Virus record (IMG/VR): IMGVR_UViG_3300006754_000009
Span: 1-64,000 of that record
Direction: 5' to 3' (one strand)
Origin: a virus
DNA length: 64,000 nucleotides
A model generated the notes under the pieces. The model saw nothing but the letters and a program-made list of their open reading frames with translations. It did no database searches and was not told where the DNA came from. This document shows, piece after piece, positions 1 to 8,505 of this stretch. Position 1 is the first letter of the stretch. Each line of letters begins with the position of its first letter. The position numbers and the translations under genes are program-made.

Positions 1-975
1 AGAAGAAGGGAGTTAGCCGATTTAATAAATGAAGATGGGACTTATTTACCTAAATCTATTTTACACGCTGATTTAGATAAAGGAATGTTAGAATTTGTCG
101 GAGACCAATTACAGACAACAGTAAGTGGTAAAAAAATAAATTTAATAGATAAGATATTAACCTTACAAAGATGGGCAGAATTTTCTCAAACCTGGAAGTT
201 TGCAAATCAAGATAAAAATGTTGAGTTACCTTTTATAGTTGTTGTAAGAAAACCAGACGTACAATATGGTAGTAATCCCGCTTTAAAATATAATATACCC
301 GATAGAAAACAATTTCATTATGCAAAAGTACCAACATGGGACGGCAACAGAAAAGGATATGATGTATATACAATACCACAACCAGTACCTGTAGATATCA
401 CCTATAATGTTAAAATTGTGTGCAATAGAATGAGAGAGTTAAATCAATTTAATAGGGTGGTACTTCAGAAATTTACCTCTAGACAAGCTTATACATTTGT
501 TAAAGGACATTATATACCTATAGTTATGGATTCTATTGGGGACGAAAGTCAAATAGATACCGAAGACAGGAGATACTACCAACAAGACTATCAGTTTCAG
601 ATGCAGGGATTTTTACTAGACGAAGAAGAATTTGAAGTTAAGCCAGCAATATCTAGAAGTTTAGTGATGTTTGGGTTTGATAATAAGAATAGAGAGAAGG
701 AACCTAGAACCTTAGGTAAGGAAGTTATAGATAAAGTTAGTAATAGATTAGAGTTTGGGGCTACACAATTAACTTTGAATGTGACATATAAATATAAAAC
801 TAATATAACTATAACAAGAACCAAGAATATTGGAAACACAACATTTCAAATAGACGGAATAACACTTAAAGAACCAATATTAGTTAATCCCGGGGATATT
901 TTGGTTATAACTATAACTAAGCCCGCGGCAGGCAAACCATCAACGTTAACATTAACTGAAGTACTAGTAAGGTAG
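1..975 (+). CDS. Tail completion / sheath terminator protein (T4 gp15-like), 5'-truncated by the window edge
   Basis: Frame 1 is open from base 1 (RRRELADLINEDGTYLPKSILHADLDKGM...), so the ATG at 85 is probably internal. Motif PVPVDITYNVKIVC...ELNQFNRVVLQKF resembles gp15-type tail terminators, and the gene lies upstream of the sheath gene. Confidence 0.6.
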   Translation, partial: RRRELADLINEDGTYLPKSILHADLDKGMLEFVGDQLQTTVSGKKINLIDKILTLQRWAEFSQTWKFANQDKNVELPFIVVVRKPDVQYGSNPALKYNIPDRKQFHYAKVPTWDGNRKGYDVYTIPQPVPVDITYNVKIVCNRMRELNQFNRVVLQKFTSRQAYTFVKGHYIPIVMDSIGDESQIDTEDRRYYQQDYQFQMQGFLLDEEEFEVKPAISRSLVMFGFDNKNREKEPRTLGKEVIDKVSNRLEFGATQLTLNVTYKYKTNITITRTKNIGNTTFQIDGITLKEPILVNPGDILVITITKPAAGKPSTLTLTEVLVR

Positions 976-1143
976 TTATTCCCCATAGATATCTTTAACA
1001 GCCTTACACTTTTCTTTTATAAGGAGTTCAACAAAGGCAAACATCTTCAGGCCTTTCTTATTACAATATTTTTTAAGTAATAAGTGGGTTTCCGTACTTA
1101 TTTTTAAGTTTTTGCTTTTTTGTTTTTTGTCTTGTGGTGGCAT
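976..1143 (-). CDS. Small ribbon-helix-helix-like DNA-binding protein (55 aa), absent from the ORF track
   Basis: Manual translation: MPPQDKKQKSKNLKISTETHLLLKKYCNKKGLKMFAFVELLIKEKCKAVKDIYGE*. It shows a beta-strand (KNLKIS), helix, G-turn, helix pattern. Its stop abuts the stop of the previous gene. Confidence 0.7.
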   Translation of the reverse strand: MPPQDKKQKSKNLKISTETHLLLKKYCNKKGLKMFAFVELLIKEKCKAVKDIYGE

Positions 1144-1175
1144 TAGATGGGGTATTTTTAATATAATTATTATAT

Positions 1176-1197
1176 AGTATGAAAAAAGTATGAAAAA
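1176..1197. repeat. Perfect 11-bp tandem direct repeat AGTATGAAAAA x2, candidate operator
   Basis: Copies at 1176-1186 and 1187-1197 in the divergent intergenic region between the RHH-like gene and the sheath gene. Confidence 0.6.
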
Positions 1198-1255
1198 TTA
1201 CCTACACAACACCAAATATAGTGTTTTATACCATAACTTTTGATATTAGGGATTA

Positions 1256-1263
1256 TATTTATA
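1256..1263 (+). promoter_or_regulatory. TATTTATA putative phage late promoter (sheath)
   Basis: One of 12 TATTTAT copies lying 4-46 nt upstream of + strand start codons. Confidence 0.65.
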
Positions 1264-1299
1264 ATAAAAGTAAATAAAACATTTTAAAAATTATAAAAC

Positions 1300-4200
1300 A
1301 TGGCAGACGGTAATAAAGTATTTGTTTCTCCAGGTGTATACACATCCGAGAAAGATTTAACATTTGTAGCACAGAGCGTTGGTGTTACCACACTAGGTTT
1401 AGTTGGAGAGACCTTAAAAGGTCCAGCTTTCGAACCAATATTTATACAATCATATGATGATTTCACAACTAGATTCGGTGGAACATCACCAATAAAATAT
1501 GTAGACTCACAAATACCAAAATATGAGTTAGGATATATCGCAAAATCATATCTTAGTCAATCTAACCAATTGTTTGTTACAAGAGTATTAGGATTAAGTG
1601 GTTATGATGCAGGACCGTCATGGTCTGTACAAACTATAGGTAGTCTTGACCCATCTTCGTTTAGTGCGGCTACTACCGCGTATACATCGGGTGCTACGTC
1701 TTTACCATTTTACATTCCTTTAACTGGGTCAAATGTAACAATTGGTAGTGAGATGTTCTCAAATGCAGCTTTAAGTACTGATTTTATTAGTACTTTACCA
1801 AGTTCTATAAAAGCTCATTTCGGAAATGGTAACGCAACAAATCCTTTACAAGACTGGGAAGAAACAATTTATTTAACTAACGGGACTTCAACAACATTAA
1901 AAGCCGACCTACTTGCATGGGCTAAAGCAATTTATGGTATAGCGAGTGATTTAGGTGACGCTGATGTTGGTGACGCAGCATCTGCTCCATACTCAAGTTG
2001 TTCAGGGTCAAACCCAGATTACTTAGTTTCCGCTACTACGCCATTTTACGGGGGAGCAATCTATCAATATGGGGTTATTCCTACTGACTATACTAATTTA
2101 GCTACAGCAACAACTACCAATTCACTATCCGCGACAAGTTCAACCACGATTTATAATAGATTAGGAGTAGATAGTAATACAGCATTAGAAGGACCTCTTG
2201 ATTATGAAAATGATGCATGGTATTACGGGTTATTCGACTACACTGGTGACACTACATGTTGTAGTGGAACCACATATAGTGGAGTGTCATATCAGTTATA
2301 CGCGACTACAGCAAATACAGGGGCATGTCAGATGATATCTACTGGTAGTACAACTATTGGTGGTACAGCATTTACTGTATTCTCAGGATATTGTGCTGTA
2401 GATTATGTAGATTGGGGTGGTGTACAACCATATACAGATTATGATGGTATGGTAGTATTAACATTTAGGTCTAGAGGATTAAGTACTAAAGCGAGTGGAG
2501 GACCAGTTTACGAAATAACAGCAAATACTGTTACTTTTGATTGTTCAGGAGGAACATACTATAAAGTATTAGAAGACCCTTTCGCGTCATTTGGAATTAA
2601 CGCGAGAACGGCAGAAGGAAAAGACTACACCTTCAAAACATCAATGAGTGTAACATCTACAGATTACGCGTCTAGTGTATTCGGTGTAACACCTTTTGAT
2701 AAGAAGGCAATAGATGTTCCGTTATTTGTTGAAGAATCTTACCCTACTTTATTAAAAGATAGTTGGAGAAAAGGTAAAGTTAGAGGACTACAATGTTGTT
2801 TAACTTATTTGCCATCAGCGAGAGCAACAACAAACACAGGTACAATCGCTTGGAATATGCATGAGTGGTTAACACCGGAAACACCATATGTGGTATCCGA
2901 ACTACAAGGTTCCGACGTATTTAGACTATTTAAGTTTGTCTCCATTTCTGATGGAACTACAGCTAATAGAGAATATAAAGTATCATTAATAAACTTATCT
3001 TTTGAAAGAGCTGAATTTGATGTGATAGTGAGAGATTTTTATGATACTGACGCAAACCCAGTAGTTCTAGAAAAATACACTAGATGTAGTCTAGACCCAA
3101 CTAAAGTGTCTTTTATAGGTAGAAAAATAGGTACATCAACAGGTGAATTTGAATTAAAATCTAAATATACTATGTTATTTTTAGGTGAAGGTGTTCTTGA
3201 CGGGACATTTGCTACTTCATTACCTTGTGGGTTTGAAGGATATAGATTTAGAAGTTACGGAAATTGTCCTATAAATCCACGTTTAGTATATAAAACTAAA
3301 TATTATACACCGGGTGAAGTTGTGTATGACCCACCATTTGGTACGGGTACTGTTAATAACGCTACTGTTAGTGGTGGTGATAAAATAAGTAAAGTTTATC
3401 TAGGTATTTCTGATACTATGGGTGCAGGATACGACCCATCATTCTTTGACCATAAAGGGTACGTAGTACCATCAAACGTATGTACAGCAACTGCAGGTGG
3501 AGAATGGAGTGTAATTACACAAGGATTCCACATGGATTCAGGAGCAACAGTAGTAGTTGGTGGTTCTGGTACTTATGTAAGTTGGTCAGGAACAACACTT
3601 GCTGGTAAATCAGTATTTGAATGTGGTGTAACCTCATTTAGAACAGAACCAACACTAAGTACTGACCCATATAAGAAATTAAGAGCACGTAAATTTACAT
3701 TGGCACCACATGGAGGATTTGACGGTTGGGACATTTACAGAAAAACTAGAAGTAATACTGATGATTATAGAATGGGATTAACTGGGTTCCTAAACGGAGC
3801 ATGTGTTAGCACAGAATTCGCAAATGCTACAGGAAGTGGAACATTCAAAAAATTAAATACTAATGAAGCAAATACTGATTATTTCGCTTATTTAAGAGGT
3901 ATAAACGAATTCTCTAACCCAGAAGCTATAGATATTAATGTATTTGCAACTCCAGGTATAGATTATGTAGATAATTTGGGATTAGTAAACGAAGCAATAG
4001 ATATGGTTGAAACTGATAGAGCAGATTCACTATATATTACAACCACACCAGATTATAATATGTTCGTAGCGGATACTACAGACACAGCTAATCAAATTTC
4101 ACCAGAAGAAGCTGTGGATAATGTAGAAGACTCTTTAATAGATTCTAATTATACAGCTACCTACTATCCTTGGATACAGGTGAGAGATACGGCTAATAAT

Positions 4201-4764
4201 AAACAAATATACATCCCACCAACATCAGAAGTAATGAGAAATATCGCGTTAACTGATAACATCTCCTTCCCTTGGTTTGCTTCCGCTGGTTACACAAGAG
4301 GACTAGTCGATGCTACAAAAGCAAGAAAGAAACTTACTTTAGATGAAAGAGACACACTATATGTTGGAAGATTAAATCCAATCGCTACATTCAGTGATAC
4401 AGGACCGATTATTTGGGGTAATAAAACATTACAAGTTAGAGAATCAGCTTTGGATAGAATTAATGTTAGAAGATTATTATTGCAAACTAGAAAGTTAATT
4501 TCTGCTGTCGCGGTTAGATTAATTTTCGAACAAAATGATGAAATAGTAAGACAACAATTCTTAGACCTGGTAAACCCTATATTAGATTCTATTAGAAGAG
4601 ATAGAGGGCTAACAGACTTTAGAGTGGTACTTTCTAATGACCCAGAAGAAATAGACAGAAATGAAATGAATGGTAAAATCTACATTAAACCTACCAGAGC
4701 ATTAGAATACATCTTTGTTGAATTCTTAATAACACCTACTGGAGCTTCTTTTGAAGACATATAG
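1300..4764 (+). CDS. Contractile tail sheath protein with large Thr/Ser/Gly-rich insertion
   Basis: N-terminal FVSPGVYTSEKDL; C-terminal sheath motifs YTATYYPW, PWFASAGYTRG, LNPIATF, IWGNKTLQ, RINVRRLL, IKPTRALEYI. Confidence 0.96.
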   Translation: MADGNKVFVSPGVYTSEKDLTFVAQSVGVTTLGLVGETLKGPAFEPIFIQSYDDFTTRFGGTSPIKYVDSQIPKYELGYIAKSYLSQSNQLFVTRVLGLSGYDAGPSWSVQTIGSLDPSSFSAATTAYTSGATSLPFYIPLTGSNVTIGSEMFSNAALSTDFISTLPSSIKAHFGNGNATNPLQDWEETIYLTNGTSTTLKADLLAWAKAIYGIASDLGDADVGDAASAPYSSCSGSNPDYLVSATTPFYGGAIYQYGVIPTDYTNLATATTTNSLSATSSTTIYNRLGVDSNTALEGPLDYENDAWYYGLFDYTGDTTCCSGTTYSGVSYQLYATTANTGACQMISTGSTTIGGTAFTVFSGYCAVDYVDWGGVQPYTDYDGMVVLTFRSRGLSTKASGGPVYEITANTVTFDCSGGTYYKVLEDPFASFGINARTAEGKDYTFKTSMSVTSTDYASSVFGVTPFDKKAIDVPLFVEESYPTLLKDSWRKGKVRGLQCCLTYLPSARATTNTGTIAWNMHEWLTPETPYVVSELQGSDVFRLFKFVSISDGTTANREYKVSLINLSFERAEFDVIVRDFYDTDANPVVLEKYTRCSLDPTKVSFIGRKIGTSTGEFELKSKYTMLFLGEGVLDGTFATSLPCGFEGYRFRSYGNCPINPRLVYKTKYYTPGEVVYDPPFGTGTVNNATVSGGDKISKVYLGISDTMGAGYDPSFFDHKGYVVPSNVCTATAGGEWSVITQGFHMDSGATVVVGGSGTYVSWSGTTLAGKSVFECGVTSFRTEPTLSTDPYKKLRARKFTLAPHGGFDGWDIYRKTRSNTDDYRMGLTGFLNGACVSTEFANATGSGTFKKLNTNEANTDYFAYLRGINEFSNPEAIDINVFATPGIDYVDNLGLVNEAIDMVETDRADSLYITTTPDYNMFVADTTDTANQISPEEAVDNVEDSLIDSNYTATYYPWIQVRDTANNKQIYIPPTSEVMRNIALTDNISFPWFASAGYTRGLVDATKARKKLTLDERDTLYVGRLNPIATFSDTGPIIWGNKTLQVRESALDRINVRRLLLQTRKLISAVAVRLIFEQNDEIVRQQFLDLVNPILDSIRRDRGLTDFRVVLSNDPEEIDRNEMNGKIYIKPTRALEYIFVEFLITPTGASFEDI

Positions 4765-4772
4765 TATTTATA
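4765..4772 (+). promoter_or_regulatory. TATTTATA putative late promoter
   Basis: Immediately after the sheath stop, 13 nt before ATG 4786. Confidence 0.6.
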
Positions 4773-4785
4773 ACAATAAAGTAAT

Positions 4786-5541
4786 ATGAAATTTAATAAA
4801 AAAATATTAACGGAAAGTTTAAGTCAACCATCTTCAGGGAAAAAAGTATTCACAGAAGGTAAAAAACAAAATATCATTGTTAGTGAAGAACAATTAGATA
4901 GATTGCTTTTTAGAATACATGAGTCTACTGAAAAAGACATAACTAATATAATAACTGAAACATTTAAAATTATTCGTCACGCTATTATTAATGAAAAGTT
5001 AGATTTAAGTATTCAGAACTACACTAATAATATAATCTCTGAATCCCAAGATGAGTGGAGAGGGCATAACCCAGGAGTTTCTGCTGCTTCAGGAATAGAA
5101 AACATTATAAATTCTATTCATAAAGCATATGAGATGATTAAAGATAGTGATACTAGAAAGAAAATCGCTAACTCTATCACTAAATTAGGTAATTTTATGA
5201 CAATCACAGCAGATGCAATAGGAGCGGGTAGAGACCAAAGAGCCCCAAGACCAACGGATTCATTAAGAGACCCACTTCCTTATCCAGAATTAGAAGAAGG
5301 TGAAGTTAAAGAAGATTCTGGTCATGATGAGGCTATGAATTATGGTAGAGACGAAGGTCATGACGACAAAGAACTTTATGATTTAAAACATGATGGTGGG
5401 AGTGAATACCACATAGATGATTTAGAAGATGATATGCATTATGACCACATTCATGATTCCGAAAAAGAAAAAGAAAATCTTATAAAGGAGGATATTGAAA
5501 AAATGAAAGAAGTAATCAACCCAATATCTAGAATAGTATAG
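4786..5541 (+). CDS. Hypothetical protein, possible internal head protein with a His/Asp-rich segment
   Basis: 251-aa ORF with several [LI]-x-E motifs (LTE, IHE, ITE, INE, ISE, IKE), IIVSEEQLDRLL, and an acidic His-rich C-terminal region. Confidence 0.55.
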   Translation: MKFNKKILTESLSQPSSGKKVFTEGKKQNIIVSEEQLDRLLFRIHESTEKDITNIITETFKIIRHAIINEKLDLSIQNYTNNIISESQDEWRGHNPGVSAASGIENIINSIHKAYEMIKDSDTRKKIANSITKLGNFMTITADAIGAGRDQRAPRPTDSLRDPLPYPELEEGEVKEDSGHDEAMNYGRDEGHDDKELYDLKHDGGSEYHIDDLEDDMHYDHIHDSEKEKENLIKEDIEKMKEVINPISRIV

Positions 5542-5549
5542 GTAAATTT

Positions 5550-5792
5550 TTAGTCTTCAGGTAGTAATTTTCCACCATTAAGTAAAACTAATAGAGCTAT
5601 AGAAGGAGCTAGAATAGGTGCTTTAAGCACGTGAGTTAAAATATAAAAGGTATACCACCCATTAGTAGGAGATTCATTACGTTTATTCTCGAACTTAACA
5701 TAAGACTTACGTATTTCTTTTTCATTAATAATTAAAAATCCGCCCATTAATATTAGTGAGATAATTAGATATGTGATAATAGTTTGCGTCAT
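5550..5792 (-). CDS. Small membrane protein
   Basis: 80 aa with two hydrophobic segments and an A-rich leader; fills an otherwise empty gap. Confidence 0.7.
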   Translation of the reverse strand: MTQTIITYLIISLILMGGFLIINEKEIRKSYVKFENKRNESPTNGWYTFYILTHVLKAPILAPSIALLVLLNGGKLLPED

Positions 5793-5861
5793 AATTTTTA
5801 TTTTTTTTTGGTTAAACTTCTATATTAATATATACGATTTTAATTCATTATAGTTACAAAA

Positions 5862-6287
5862 TTAATTAATAAAACCAACAAAACCGTAGTATTCGTCGAT
5901 AAACGTCATATCTTGTAGGCTAAATATTATAGTACCATCTTTTTTTATAAATAAGAAACCATAATTCCCGTTATAATAATCATATAAATTATAAGTGGTA
6001 CCATATAAACTATCTTCTTTTATAGTTGTTATTTCTAAACCCATAGTCATTGAACCCTCAGGGGACATTCTATTTACTTCTACGGTATTTTCTAAGGTAT
6101 CTACAGTCACAGTATTAGAAGAGTTGGAGATACTGTTAACCACCATATCTTTCATCAAAGCCACTTTAAATTCGTCAGTGAAATTATCTATATGGAGTGT
6201 CATGTTATAAGTTGTGTCTTTAAGTGTGAAAGTCTGAGAACTAACAAATAAAGGTATTAATAATAATAACAAGATAAAATTTTTCAT
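5862..6287 (-). CDS. Secreted protein with a Sec/SPI signal peptide
   Basis: MKNFILLLLLIPLFVSS-QTF: predicted cleavage before Gln, typical of Bacteroidota secreted proteins. Confidence 0.8.
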   Translation of the reverse strand: MKNFILLLLLIPLFVSSQTFTLKDTTYNMTLHIDNFTDEFKVALMKDMVVNSISNSSNTVTVDTLENTVEVNRMSPEGSMTMGLEITTIKEDSLYGTTYNLYDYYNGNYGFLFIKKDGTIIFSLQDMTFIDEYYGFVGFIN

Positions 6288-6288
6288 G

Positions 6289-6864
6289 TTAATTTATTTT
6301 TTTAAAAGTTAATATAGAATAGTAACGATAATCATAATCGTTAATTTGTTGATAAGCTTCCTGAACAATCAGGTTAATTATTTTATTATCATAATCAATG
6401 TGTTTTATGGTTATAGGTCTAGACGAACCACCTAGAAGTAATTGTGGGCCGACAATAGGTTCAATAACCGTTAAATAGGACTCACTTACATTTAAACCAT
6501 AAGGAACCAAAGTGTCGTAGCCTAAAGTAAACTCTCCAACACCCGGAATACTACTAGGAAAATCAAAAGTCCAAATTGTTTCATACCTAATAATAGATTC
6601 AAAATCATACATAGGAGACCCATATCTTAAACTACTGGTAGGACCACTACTAAAGTGAAATTGAGTTGAAGAAGTATTCAAGTCTAAATTTTCCATAACC
6701 ATTTTACCACTCATTAATAACCAATCACCATCTAAAAATTCAATTTCTATAATAGATGTAGTATCTTGGGTAGTAGGATACTCTACATTACAATCTATTA
6801 GTGGGTAGTTCTTTTCACAAGAACAACACAGGAATACCAATAAGAGATATAATAATTTTTTCAT
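6289..6864 (-). CDS. Lipoprotein (possible lipocalin-like beta barrel)
   Basis: MKKLLYLLLVFLCCS-CEK lipobox-type signal; FLDGDWLL resembles the lipocalin GxW motif; 1 bp from the next gene. Confidence 0.8.
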   Translation of the reverse strand: MKKLLYLLLVFLCCSCEKNYPLIDCNVEYPTTQDTTSIIEIEFLDGDWLLMSGKMVMENLDLNTSSTQFHFSSGPTSSLRYGSPMYDFESIIRYETIWTFDFPSSIPGVGEFTLGYDTLVPYGLNVSESYLTVIEPIVGPQLLLGGSSRPITIKHIDYDNKIINLIVQEAYQQINDYDYRYYSILTFKKIN

Positions 6865-6868
6865 ACTA

Positions 6869-6900
6869 CAAAGATAAGTAAAATAAATGAATAATCCAAA
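6869..6900 (-). promoter_or_regulatory. Bacteroidota primary-sigma promoter TTTG-N20-TATCTTTG
   Basis: The minus strand reads TTTG (6900-6897), a 20-nt spacer, then TATCTTTG (6876-6869), matching the -33/-7 consensus TTTG-N19-21-TAnnTTTG. It ends 4 nt before the ATG at 6864. Confidence 0.8.
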
Positions 6901-6908
6901 TTAATTTG

Positions 6909-6916
6909 TATTTATA
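6909..6916 (+). promoter_or_regulatory. TATTTATA putative late promoter
   Basis: 4 nt before ATG 6921, back to back with the host-type promoter. Confidence 0.55.
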
Positions 6917-6920
6917 TTAT

Positions 6921-7787
6921 ATGTCAAATAATATACTCATAACATCCAAACAACTTAAAAGTGTAAGTTCTTTAATCCAAGAGGAATATTCTAGTACACC
7001 TCCTATTAGAGCTTATTCTTTTGATTGGGACGATAATATCATTAATATGCCTACTAAAATAAAAATGTTAAGGAAAACTGATTCGGGGTGGGAAAAAATT
7101 AATGTTAGTACTAAAGAATTTGCTCTACTTAGAGGTGATGAAAATTATAAATTAGATGAGGGTGCATTCGATAATTTCATAAACGAAGAATCTTTTTTAA
7201 CAGACTTAGAGGAAGCACTACAAAATAATTCTTTCGCTCCATCCTTCAATAAATTTAAAGAAGCTTTAATTTACGCGAACCCAATCTCTATAATAACAGC
7301 GCGTGGACATAACCCAGCAGTACTACGAAAAGGTATGGATTTAGTTATTTCATACACCTTTAGTGAAGAAGAATTAGCAAAAATGATAGACAACATACAA
7401 CAAAATTTACCCGAATTAGATGGGGAAGAGGTAGATACAATTTTAAAAACTTATTTAGATAGTCACGATTATCACCCAGTAACTTCAGAATTTTTTACTG
7501 ATAAGTTTGGTTTAGGGGACGACTCATCAGTTTTAAATCCCGAAGAAAATAAGAAAATCGCGTTAAGGGACTACGTAACCAAGATTGTTACAGGGGCAAA
7601 ACAAATAGTGGATTCAGACCTTAATAAGCTCTCTATAGGGTTTAGTGATGATGATTTAGGTAATATTAACGCAATAAAAGACTTCATAGAACACGTTTTA
7701 CAACATGAATTTCCTAATGTTAATTTTGTGGTATACGACACTTCTGAAGGGGGGATGAATAAAATAGTACTAAAACAACTAAATTAA
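6921..7787 (+). CDS. HAD-superfamily phosphatase-like protein
   Basis: HAD motif I YSFDWDDNI, motif II IITARGH, motif III Lys (ENKK), motif IV GFSDDDLGN. Start reassigned from TTG 6906 to ATG 6921. Confidence 0.75.
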   Translation: MSNNILITSKQLKSVSSLIQEEYSSTPPIRAYSFDWDDNIINMPTKIKMLRKTDSGWEKINVSTKEFALLRGDENYKLDEGAFDNFINEESFLTDLEEALQNNSFAPSFNKFKEALIYANPISIITARGHNPAVLRKGMDLVISYTFSEEELAKMIDNIQQNLPELDGEEVDTILKTYLDSHDYHPVTSEFFTDKFGLGDDSSVLNPEENKKIALRDYVTKIVTGAKQIVDSDLNKLSIGFSDDDLGNINAIKDFIEHVLQHEFPNVNFVVYDTSEGGMNKIVLKQLN

Positions 7788-7809
7788 AATATTTTTTTCA
7801 TTACCGATA

Positions 7810-7817
7810 TATTTATA
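7810..7817 (+). promoter_or_regulatory. TATTTATA putative late promoter (tube)
   Basis: 36 nt before ATG 7854, the same distance as for the sheath gene. Confidence 0.65.
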
Positions 7818-7853
7818 GATATAATAAAAAAGTAAAAACAAAAATTAAAAGAT

Positions 7854-8342
7854 ATGGCCGATTTATTGATGAAAATGCCGATACCGTATGAACCGAAAAG
7901 AAAGAATAGGTTTATCTTAAGATTCGATTCTTCTCTAGGTATCAATGAATGGTATGTAGAAAGTACATCTAGACCACAAATAACAATAAATTCAGTAGAG
8001 GTTCCATTTTTAAATACATCTACTTATGTAGCTGGTAGATTTACTTGGGGGACTATAAGTGTGACGTTCAGAGACCCAATCGGTCCTTCAGCAGCACAAG
8101 CATTAATGGAGTGGGTGAGACTACATTCAGAATCCGTAACAGGTAGAATGGGTTATGCAGCTGGATACAAAAAGAATATAGATTTAGAAATGTTAGACCC
8201 AACAGGGGTTGTAGTAGAGAAATGGATTTTACAAGGAACATTCTTATCTGATGTTAATTTTGATAGTTTAGGGTATAGTGATGATGGTTTAGCAACAATC
8301 TCAGCAACTCTTCGTCCAGACAGATGTATTTTAGTTTATTAA
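7854..8342 (+). CDS. Tail tube protein (T4 gp19-like)
   Basis: 162 aa; YEPKRKNRF, YVAGRFTW, LMEWVRL, GYKKNIDLEMLDPTGVVVEKWILQG. Confidence 0.93.
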   Translation: MADLLMKMPIPYEPKRKNRFILRFDSSLGINEWYVESTSRPQITINSVEVPFLNTSTYVAGRFTWGTISVTFRDPIGPSAAQALMEWVRLHSESVTGRMGYAAGYKKNIDLEMLDPTGVVVEKWILQGTFLSDVNFDSLGYSDDGLATISATLRPDRCILVY

Positions 8343-8363
8343 AGTCAATTTAAATATTATATT

Positions 8364-8392
8364 AAATCCTACTTCTTAGTAGGATTTTTTTT
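8364..8392 (+). terminator. Rho-independent terminator
   Basis: Stem AAATCCTACT (8364-8373), loop TCTT, AGTAGGATTT (8378-8387), with a T run to 8392, just after the tube gene. Confidence 0.85.
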
Positions 8393-8505
8393 GATATATA
8401 GGTAATATAAACTCTTTACTTTAATGCTATAAATAATAATGCTTAATTATACAAAAAATATAAAGCTATATATTTACAATTATAATATAAGTATTAAATT
8501 ATTAA

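Noticed and set aside
5827-5860. Second Bacteroidota-type promoter for the 80-aa membrane gene
   Set aside because: TTTG is present, but the spacer is 22 nt and the -7 box (TATATATT) deviates from TAnnTTTG; too weak to call.
6906-6920. TTG start at 6906 given by the ORF track
   Set aside because: It overlaps the TATTTATA motif; ATG 6921 fits the pattern seen at other genes.
8343-8505. tRNA or structured ncRNA in the larger intergenic gaps
   Set aside because: The gaps are short and extremely AT-rich; only the terminator hairpin is evident.
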